From positions 112,291 through 176,290 of the forward strand of contig JAHKLY010000002.1 of NCBI GenBank assembly GCA_020854825.1: a stretch of 64,000 nucleotides of DNA, read 5' to 3'. The notes beneath the pieces are model-generated. The model saw only the letters and a list, made by a program, of their open reading frames with translations, ran no database searches and was not told the origin of the DNA. The position numbers and the translations under genes were made by a program. This DNA comes from Candidatus Micrarchaeota archaeon (GTDB taxonomy: Archaea; Micrarchaeota; Micrarchaeia; Anstonellales; JAHKLY01). Shown here in pieces: positions 56,456 to 64,000 of this stretch. Each line of letters starts with the position of its first letter. The stretch's first letter is position 1.

Positions 56456-56706
56456 CGGGCCTGATGTGATTGTCAGATCTTTTTTAGATAATCTACCTAA
56501 GCAAAATCATTTGAATTCGTGAACCATTATCCTTTTGGAGTAAAAGCTTTTTCTTTTGGTAAAGAAAAAGGGTTACACACGACCTATTGCTTAGGAGGCA
56601 ATCGCTCTATTCTCGCTTTCTTTCTTTTATTTAAAGATCTTTCTTTTTAATGAAAATTTCTTTCTTTTTTAAAAAGAAAGAAAGTTCCAAGCTGAGCTAC
56701 AGGCCC
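56456..56706 (-). tRNA. tRNA-Arg(CCT) with three introns (D-loop 56685-56610; 53/54 56575-56516; 59/60 56509-56470)
   Basis: Exons join to GGGCCTGTAGCTCAGCTTGGA|TAGAGCGATTGCCTCCTAAGCAATAGGTCGTGTG|TTCAAA|TCACATCAGGCCCG, a complete cloverleaf. Each junction has a BHB/hBH motif (CTTG/CGAG, CGTG/CACG, TTCA/TGAC) with 3-nt bulges. Confidence 0.9.
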
Positions 56707-56707
56707 G

Positions 56708-56956
56708 TTAATTATTAATTTTTAAATTAATCTCATCATCTAATATTTTTTTATTTAAAGAAAAAACAATATACATTCTATAATTATTTTCTTTAAGACC
56801 TTCAAAATATTCAGTTATTTGCGCTTTCAACTCTAAAATATCTGAAAAGTTTCTTTTCATTTTTAAGTTTGCATTAAACATAAGAATATCCTTCTTTGTT
56901 TGTTTATATTCTTCACTCCGTACAAAATTTTCTAAATCTTTTAGATCTTCAAACAT
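56708..56956 (-). CDS. hypothetical protein
   Basis: 82 aa; SD GGGGA; overlaps the upstream ORF; stop codon ends 1 nt before tRNA-Arg. Confidence 0.6.
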   Translation of the reverse strand: MFEDLKDLENFVRSEEYKQTKKDILMFNANLKMKRNFSDILELKAQITEYFEGLKENNYRMYIVFSLNKKILDDEINLKINN

Positions 56957-57197
56957 ATTCTCTTCCCCTAACTTCTTTTTTTAATGCGTATAGAATTTCT
57001 ATGCTAGTATCCATCTTATCTAAATTTAATTTATTATTTAAATCCCCTAATGTAGTTAAATTATTTGTTATCTTTCTCAATAATATATTCGTCTCATGTT
57101 CGATTGGAAATTCTTTTGAATTTAAATTCCCATATAAAATATATTCTAATACATTTTCACAAGCTTTGTCCTTTTTAGGATTTAAAGAAAATCTCAT
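56949..57197 (-). CDS. hypothetical protein
   Basis: 82-aa ORF downstream of the presenilin gene. Confidence 0.55.
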   Translation of the reverse strand: MRFSLNPKKDKACENVLEYILYGNLNSKEFPIEHETNILLRKITNNLTTLGDLNNKLNLDKMDTSIEILYALKKEVRGREYV

Positions 57198-57219
57198 ATT
57201 ATTAATACTTCAAAAAACT

Positions 57220-58158
57220 TTATAACCCTAATGTTAATCTTAATATATAAAATATTCCTAATCCTAATAAGCAACCCGCAGTTAAAGGAGGCAATGCAGG
57301 CAAAAATATTTTTTTATTAAGTATATAATATATTAATACTATAAATGCCGTTGTTGCACCTATTATTACTGATAAAGTCCCAAGTAAACCAAAAACATAA
57401 TATGAAGAAACTGAAACCATTATTGGCATAATTAAATCTCCTGTACCTAATTCCATTTTTTGTCTTTTATTATCTTTAAAAGAATAATTATCCTCTTTGA
57501 TATTTCCTTTAATATTACTCTTTTCTTCATTAATTTTATTAACTTCCGTTATTTTAACATCTGAATTTCCAACTTGTAAAGAAAAAGATAAATTTCTCTC
57601 ACTTAATGCTTTTGCAAAAGTTATCATATGTTTGGTTTTAAATACTGCAATATAGTCATAAACTGATAAACATATCATCAATAAAATAGCTGGCCAAAAA
57701 CCTAAAGAAAATCCAAAAATAGCACCAACTCCTGCACTAGATAAAATTGCTGCGATGTTTCTTGCTTTATGCGTAATCCATTTAGTGCTTGCAAAAATAA
57801 ACGCAATAATAAATGCAAATATAAAGGACCAATCAATTCCAAAAATTGGAAAAAATGAATATAATAAAATAAAAAATACTATATTTGAAGAAAATAAAAT
57901 AATCATAAATTCTATAGACCTAAAAACAAATACTCCTTTATAATATTTAATAATTAAATAAAATACTAGCGCACCAAATAACATATAAAAAATAAAAAAT
58001 ACTGCATTCCATAAACTCCCAGTTTCTCCTATAGGATTTACACGCATATCTTCAAATTCAGGTACTAACTCACTTTTTGTTATTAATAAAACCCCTACTA
58101 ATGCGCCAAGTAATTGGGCAATTATAAAGAAAAATATTAATTTATATACAAAATTCAT
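57220..58158 (-). CDS. presenilin/signal peptide peptidase family intramembrane aspartyl protease
   Basis: YDYIAVFKTKHM (YD), LGTGD (GxGD), LPALPP (PAL); about 9 TM. Confidence 0.93.
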   Translation of the reverse strand: MNFVYKLIFFFIIAQLLGALVGVLLITKSELVPEFEDMRVNPIGETGSLWNAVFFIFYMLFGALVFYLIIKYYKGVFVFRSIEFMIILFSSNIVFFILLYSFFPIFGIDWSFIFAFIIAFIFASTKWITHKARNIAAILSSAGVGAIFGFSLGFWPAILLMICLSVYDYIAVFKTKHMITFAKALSERNLSFSLQVGNSDVKITEVNKINEEKSNIKGNIKEDNYSFKDNKRQKMELGTGDLIMPIMVSVSSYYVFGLLGTLSVIIGATTAFIVLIYYILNKKIFLPALPPLTAGCLLGLGIFYILRLTLGL

Positions 58159-58170
58159 ACTAGCTACTCC

Positions 58171-60225
58171 TTAAAATTGATCAGCAATTTTTACATACCC
58201 TGTTTTTGGTTTATATAACTCTCCTTTATATATTAATTCTTCAATCAATCTTTTTGCAAGGTCCTTATCAATATCAAATTCACTAGCCCTTTCAATTACT
58301 TCTTTTATTTCTGCCATTTCATTTGTCTTATTTATCTCTTCAACTATCTTAAGTATTATCTGAATCTTATCAATTTGTGATTTTGGTTTACCTGTTGCAA
58401 GAATATCTATATCATAAACTCCTGTTTCTTGATCCATACCTATTTTTTGCATCATCCATTCCATAAGTGAAATAGCAAGGTCTGAATCTTTTAACATAAC
58501 CTTATCACTCAATCTTAATTTTGCTCCTGCTTCTGCCATTCTTACTAATCCTTCAATTTGTCTAGGAGTAATTGGGATTGCTCCTGTTTTTTTACCCATT
58601 TTTCTCATTTTTGAATAATAATCTTTAATCTTATTAGATGCCTCTTCGGTTAAAATAGGTCTAATATGTTGTCTTGAATATGCAATATATTTTTTAAGAA
58701 ATTCTCTTTGAACTAAAGATTCATCTGCAATAACTTGAGTATCATCTGCAGATAATTTATGTGAACTTAAAATTTTTTCAGCTAGTTCTCTATCTCTTGT
58801 TTCATCTAAAATATCCATAATCGGAAAAATTAAATCAAACCTAGATAATAATGTTGGTGGTATATTGAACTGTTCTGCAGGAAATTTATTGGGATCAAAT
58901 CGTCCATATTTAGGATTTGCTGCTGCTAATATTGATGTTTTTGATTTTAATCTCGCAACTATACCTGCTTTCGCAACACTGATTGTTCCACTTTCCATTA
59001 CTTCATGCAATGAAGATCTTTCATCTTTGTCTATTTTATCAAATTCATCAACACCTACAATCCCACCACTTGCTAATACTAGTGCTCCTGCTTTTAATGT
59101 CCATCCTCCATCACTTAATTCATCTTTTTCAACTGAAACTGTTAAACCAACACCAGAAACTGATTTACCTGAAACATACAAACTTTTTGGAGCCAAATCT
59201 ACAACATATTGAAGTAATCTTGATTTAGCTGCACCAGGATCCCCAATTAATAAAATATGTATATTATCCCTGATTTTTGCTCCTCCTACCATCTCTTTAC
59301 CTTTTGTTCCTCCAAATAATTGAAGTGCAATTGCTTGTTTAATTTCATCATGTCCATAAATTCCAGGTGCAATAGACTTTACAACCTTTTCAAATAATTT
59401 AGAATCTTTTGAAAATTCTAATATTTTTTTCTTATCATCTTCTGTTATTTCTAATTCTTCAAAATCCTGCTGTATGCCTTTAACATAAATTACATCTAAA
59501 TATCTAGTATAAATTAAAGACGTTGCATTTTTTGAAAAAGTAGAAGGCGGTCTTAATCTCAATACTCCAGTTATTTCTACGGTATTCCCAGGTATTGTTG
59601 AATTAACTAAATCGTCTTCCATCCATAATTCTAATCTTGCAGGAGGAGTTCCTCCTTTCACTCTTTCTAAAAGTTCTTGAATCTCAGCTCTTTGAACATC
59701 TAAAAACTCAGAATCCTCTTCAATTAGTTTTAATGCTTTTCTTTTACATGCATCACAAAAAGTGGGAATACTAATACTAGAAGACAAAGGAACTTTATAT
59801 ATTGCATCACAAACATCACATTTATATACTGCAATTTTAACTCTATGTTTTATTTCAGCCCTCTTTGTTACTACTCCTTTAATATTAATTAATTTGCCCA
59901 AGTATTTTGAACCCATACTTTCTATTAACATCCCTGACTCTGGAAGATTAAAAAAACGTACATGTGGTTTAAACTCAATTCCAGGAGCAACAGCTAAATT
60001 CATATCTAATAATGCTTTAACTGCAGCTTTCAAAATCATATCTGGTTTTTCAATTAATTGATCTGCTAATTCTGGACTAAATTTTTCAAAATCTTCATAA
60101 TCAACAGATAAACTTTTTTGGGTAGGGTATCTAGAAACCAAAGAGTATATCTTTTTTTTGTAATTCGATTCAAAAAAATCTTGAATTTCTTTTATTACTG
60201 GTTCTAAATTTAACTCTTCTGCCAT
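58171..60225 (-). CDS. mcm: replicative helicase MCM
   Basis: Zn finger CDVC..CDAC, GDPGAAKS, AGALVLA.GG...DEFDK, AAANP.YGR, LLSRFD, TPRQ.E, C-terminal wHTH; no intein. Confidence 0.97.
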   Translation of the reverse strand: MAEELNLEPVIKEIQDFFESNYKKKIYSLVSRYPTQKSLSVDYEDFEKFSPELADQLIEKPDMILKAAVKALLDMNLAVAPGIEFKPHVRFFNLPESGMLIESMGSKYLGKLINIKGVVTKRAEIKHRVKIAVYKCDVCDAIYKVPLSSSISIPTFCDACKRKALKLIEEDSEFLDVQRAEIQELLERVKGGTPPARLELWMEDDLVNSTIPGNTVEITGVLRLRPPSTFSKNATSLIYTRYLDVIYVKGIQQDFEELEITEDDKKKILEFSKDSKLFEKVVKSIAPGIYGHDEIKQAIALQLFGGTKGKEMVGGAKIRDNIHILLIGDPGAAKSRLLQYVVDLAPKSLYVSGKSVSGVGLTVSVEKDELSDGGWTLKAGALVLASGGIVGVDEFDKIDKDERSSLHEVMESGTISVAKAGIVARLKSKTSILAAANPKYGRFDPNKFPAEQFNIPPTLLSRFDLIFPIMDILDETRDRELAEKILSSHKLSADDTQVIADESLVQREFLKKYIAYSRQHIRPILTEEASNKIKDYYSKMRKMGKKTGAIPITPRQIEGLVRMAEAGAKLRLSDKVMLKDSDLAISLMEWMMQKIGMDQETGVYDIDILATGKPKSQIDKIQIILKIVEEINKTNEMAEIKEVIERASEFDIDKDLAKRLIEELIYKGELYKPKTGYVKIADQF

Positions 60226-60332
60226 TTAATTACCCCATCTATCCACAACAACTAAAATATTATATACAATACATATTTAAATTAGTAATTAAACGGAAAA
60301 GCTTATAAAGAAAAAAAACCATAGTTAAACAC

Positions 60333-60743
60333 ATGGAGTGGGATGTATTTTGTGAAATGATAATTCAAACAACGGATTTTAAAGAAGCAAAAGAAAGTGC
60401 TAAATTAAAAACAGAAGAAAAAACTAAATTACCAACGGCTGAACGATTAAAAGACTTAGATAACACTTTTAGCGAAACAAGGGAGATACTCTTTTTTAGG
60501 AGATTCACTCCAAAGTCAAAATATAATGATTTTAAATTAATAGAACCTTGTTTGGGTTTTTATGCAGATACTCAATTTTCAGAGTTATTTTTAGATTCTA
60601 TTAGAGATTCTAAAACAATTAAAGAAAAATTAAACACAATTTGTGTTTTTGGAAAAAATTTAAATTTAAAAAGAGTTAAAACAACTCTTAAATCAATTAA
60701 AAAAAGAAAATTAAAGGAATTAATTTCTATTCAGAATATCTAA
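60333..60743 (+). CDS. hypothetical protein
   Basis: 136-aa ORF with TATA upstream. Confidence 0.55.
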   Translation: MEWDVFCEMIIQTTDFKEAKESAKLKTEEKTKLPTAERLKDLDNTFSETREILFFRRFTPKSKYNDFKLIEPCLGFYADTQFSELFLDSIRDSKTIKEKLNTICVFGKNLNLKRVKTTLKSIKKRKLKELISIQNI

Positions 60744-61392
60744 TCAATTCATATATCCTTTCCATTTCATTAATTGCTATTTCTCTTAATTCTTTTTCTC
60801 CTGCATTTCTAAAATATAAAGAAGCATAAGCAAAAGCAAGTTTTGAATTATTATAATCTTTCTTCTCTTCTAATTCTTTGCCCAATAACATATAAACAGA
60901 TGCTGCAGACATATTAAACCTTTTTTCAATATCTACATCTCTAGGATAATTTAAAAGAACTCTAATAATTAAATGGTGTGCTGCACCATACTCCTTTTTA
61001 CACATTAAATTTTCAATACATTTAATTGCTTCTATATGTAATTCATTCATTCGTATAGATAAATCAATATCCTTTTCACGTTCTAATCTTTTTGCAGATT
61101 CATATGAATCCATAAAATAATTGCCTAATTCATAAAAATCCATAAACTTCAATTTCTTATCCCAACCTAAATATCCATTTAACTCCTTAGGTTTTTCTGA
61201 GCTTAATCTAGAAACTGAATTTGATTCAATAAATCCAAATGGGATATCAGACTGTTTTGTCTTCATGTAAGACAATGAAGTTATGGGCATAATATTAACA
61301 AATGTTAAATATGCACTAGTAATAATATTAAATATCCTAAAACCCTTTATTTTATTCTTATTTGTTTTATTCATGTTATAACTAATGAACAT
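60727..61392 (-). CDS. hypothetical TPR-like protein with N-terminal hydrophobic segment
   Basis: Helical repeats EYGAA..., AASVY..LG, A...F..AG. Confidence 0.65.
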   Translation of the reverse strand: MFISYNMNKTNKNKIKGFRIFNIITSAYLTFVNIMPITSLSYMKTKQSDIPFGFIESNSVSRLSSEKPKELNGYLGWDKKLKFMDFYELGNYFMDSYESAKRLEREKDIDLSIRMNELHIEAIKCIENLMCKKEYGAAHHLIIRVLLNYPRDVDIEKRFNMSAASVYMLLGKELEEKKDYNNSKLAFAYASLYFRNAGEKELREIAINEMERIYELIRYSE

Positions 61393-61469
61393 ATGAGAAT
61401 TTAAAGTCTCTTATTATATATGATCTTGAATTAATAAAGGTTTTTAAATCTGAATGTATTAGTTAAATT

Positions 61470-63881
61470 ATGGATAAAAAAATAATTTGGATATTATTTA
61501 TATCCCTATTGATTTTTGGATGTACTTCTCCAATATTACAAGAAGGAGGAAATGCTGAATTAATACAAGAAGTGTTTGAAACGGATATAAACAATGACGG
61601 TTTAATTGAAAGTACTACATATGTTTTTCATGAATCCGAATACAATGAAACTAAAATTCAAAGAATTCTTATAATCAAACCAAAATTTGATTTATCAAAA
61701 ATAGAAGCACAGATTCAAGGAAACGCAAGTGATAAATATTATTTCCAAGATTTAACAATTTCAGATCTCAAAATACATTTAACTAATTTTAATAATAAAA
61801 GAAGTAATGAAATAGCAATAACTGGTGAAGCTCAATGTAAACAATATTTGGGTTTAGGTAGAACTGACTTACCCTGCGTTAGTTTAGACTCTTGTGCCAA
61901 AGCCTGTATGGGTGCACCTTTATGTATGTATATCTACCAATTTGTTGGTGATCCATTTTCACAAGATTTATATGAACTAAATACTGGATTTAATAAAATG
62001 GATACTTATATTTCAGAACTTAATAGTATTTTTGAGGACATAGAAAATACAGAAAATAATTTAAACAAACAAAAAATTGAAGAAATAATTAAAAAAATTG
62101 AACAAATATCTGTTTTAGGTAATGAAATTAATAATAATCCAATCATTAACAAACAAGTTTATTATTTATGTAACAGAATAAACTATGATAATTATGAACT
62201 TCAATCTATGATGGATAAAATTTCTGAAAATTTAAAAACTAAAGATTCTAATACTGCCCAAATAAAAAAAACAGGTCTAGAAATAGATAATGTAGAATAT
62301 AAAATATACTTACAAATAAAAGAAAAAAGTGATCGTTCATTTTCAACAATTAAAATAACAGATATAATTCCTAAAACTTTAAATATTAACATATCAAGTT
62401 TAGTGGTCAGTTCTAATTTTTCAAAAGTAAATATAACTACTCCTTCTGTAGAATGGAAAATTAATAAAGCAGGAGGGGGAGAAATACAAAGTTTTATGAC
62501 CTATTCTTTCAAATCTAAAGAATTCGTTAATAAAACCTGGATTGAAAACAATATAAAAACTCCTTATGTTTCAGTAGAAACATTCTCACTTGGCACAACA
62601 CCAATAACCTTTGGTATTTTAGCATTTATTAATAGTGTGTTTACATTTTTTTTTGATTTTTCTAATTATTTTATTGCATTAGCATTAACTGGTGCTTTAA
62701 TTATAATTTTACTAAGATTGTTTCAAACCATAGTATCACTAATATGGAATACTATAATTGGTACTTCTAAAGGAGAAGATTTTTCTTTAATTAAAAAAAA
62801 ATTATTTGGAAAAGCAAATCCTAAGTTCAAACAATACTTTATATTGGGAATTATTCTATCTTTAATCGGAACAATTATACTTCTTATTTCAAACTCTCAA
62901 ATCAAAGAAGAAATTATAATTTTAGAATTAATTGGATATAATTTAACTTTAGAACCATTAAACGGAATAAGTGCATTTTTGCTTTCATTAGGCATAATTT
63001 CTATCTACTTTTCTGCTGAAGACTTCTTCAAAGGAAGTGTATTAAAAACAGGATATTATGAGAGTGCACAGAAAATAGCAAAAAAAGTTAATTTAGAAAA
63101 CTTAAAAGAACTCGAAAAAAAAATAGAAGAAGTTGATATTAAAATAAAACAAGCCCTTGAATTAAAAATTGATGTTTCTGATGAACAAGACTTGATATAT
63201 TCCATACCTATTTCTAGAATTAAAGCCTTGATTCAAAAAAATGATCAAAGAACCGCAAAAAATATTATAGAACAAAGTATCAATAGATGTGACTTTAATA
63301 TTGGCACGATAGATAAAAAAATACAAACTGCAACTGATATATGGAAAAATTGGAAAATTAAATTTGATTTATTATTAAAAGAGAAAGGAGAAATTAGAAA
63401 AGAAATGTTAATTGATATCCCAAGAACTTGGAGAAGTTGGACAATTGAAAAATATTTAACAGAAAACTTAGATGAAAATTTGATAATAGAAGGGGGAATC
63501 CTTAAGAAAACGACTATGCCTGTAGTTAAGAAAAAAGGGATAGTTGATATTTTAAATTCTTTAAAAAACGAAAAAATAAAAAATGCATCAATAATACAAA
63601 TGGATGGAAAAACACTTGCGTCATCATTTGATAAAAACATTAATAAATCCCTCGTTGCAGTATTAGTATCTAGAATGATCAAAGCAGTTAAAATAATTGA
63701 GACAAAAGCAAAAACTGGAAATACTGATTATTTAGTTGCACGTTCAGGTAAAGATCTTTTTTTCGTAAGACCAATAAATAATTTAATCCTATTTTGTATT
63801 ACTGATTCTAAAATATCCTTAACTACTCTAATAGAATTAACAAATAAAACTGCTGAAGAATTAGATAAAACAGATTCTTAA
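61470..63881 (+). CDS. lipoprotein-type multi-pass membrane protein with C-terminal Roadblock/LC7 domain
   Basis: LIFGC signal, DINNDG loop, Cys-rich exodomain, about 4 TM, coiled coil, C-terminal IKNASII..DGK.LAS...VA.L...G..DYL.......F......LILFCIT pattern. Confidence 0.75.
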   Translation: MDKKIIWILFISLLIFGCTSPILQEGGNAELIQEVFETDINNDGLIESTTYVFHESEYNETKIQRILIIKPKFDLSKIEAQIQGNASDKYYFQDLTISDLKIHLTNFNNKRSNEIAITGEAQCKQYLGLGRTDLPCVSLDSCAKACMGAPLCMYIYQFVGDPFSQDLYELNTGFNKMDTYISELNSIFEDIENTENNLNKQKIEEIIKKIEQISVLGNEINNNPIINKQVYYLCNRINYDNYELQSMMDKISENLKTKDSNTAQIKKTGLEIDNVEYKIYLQIKEKSDRSFSTIKITDIIPKTLNINISSLVVSSNFSKVNITTPSVEWKINKAGGGEIQSFMTYSFKSKEFVNKTWIENNIKTPYVSVETFSLGTTPITFGILAFINSVFTFFFDFSNYFIALALTGALIIILLRLFQTIVSLIWNTIIGTSKGEDFSLIKKKLFGKANPKFKQYFILGIILSLIGTIILLISNSQIKEEIIILELIGYNLTLEPLNGISAFLLSLGIISIYFSAEDFFKGSVLKTGYYESAQKIAKKVNLENLKELEKKIEEVDIKIKQALELKIDVSDEQDLIYSIPISRIKALIQKNDQRTAKNIIEQSINRCDFNIGTIDKKIQTATDIWKNWKIKFDLLLKEKGEIRKEMLIDIPRTWRSWTIEKYLTENLDENLIIEGGILKKTTMPVVKKKGIVDILNSLKNEKIKNASIIQMDGKTLASSFDKNINKSLVAVLVSRMIKAVKIIETKAKTGNTDYLVARSGKDLFFVRPINNLILFCITDSKISLTTLIELTNKTAEELDKTDS

Positions 63882-63955
63882 GTTCCGAACAATAGTATCA
63901 ATATTTTTAAATGAAAGAGTTCACAAAAGATAATATAAATCTTGGAGGAGATTAA

Positions 63956-64000
63956 ATGAGAAAAATAATTTTAGTATTTGGATTGACTGCATTTATTTTC
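63956..64000 (+). CDS. partial ORF (signal peptide MRKIILVFGLTAFIF...)
   Basis: SD GGAGG upstream; runs off the end of the window. Confidence 0.6.
   Translation, partial: MRKIILVFGLTAFIF

Noticed and set aside
58171-60225. Inteins in MCM, LonB or TFB
   Set aside because: Normal lengths, contiguous motifs, no C...HN splice junctions

Overview
Very AT-rich, gene-dense archaeal chromosome segment. Archaeal markers are TFB, MCM, LonB, a presenilin-type protease, a Dph6 domain, BRE/TATA promoters with mostly leaderless mRNAs, SRP RNA and tRNA introns with BHB splice motifs. Multiple non-canonical tRNA introns, class II LysRS, many orphan genes and GC-type lipobox proteins suggest a DPANN archaeon, probably Micrarchaeota (inference). 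Housekeeping genes (serS, lysS, tldD/pmbA, lonB, mgtE, P-type ATPase, dut, RbgA-like GTPase) are interspersed with orphans and three broken genes. Main observations: (1) two divergent AAA_14-wHTH-DUF4143-type ATPase genes, each preceded by its own palindrome array with the same 32-bp period; (2) a tRNA-Arg(CCU) with three introns and a 6-nt micro-exon, plus a tRNA-Ser(GCU) with a related T-loop intron; (3) a protein resembling plant Whirly; (4) an iteron/origin-like repeat cluster near 10.1-10.35 kb; (5) an unannotated GC-rich structured RNA upstream of serS; (6) an SRP RNA apparently lacking helix 6; (7) an 11-aa basic micropeptide with a strong SD; (8) a membrane receptor-like Roadblock fusion. 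All calls were made by eye, without database searches.
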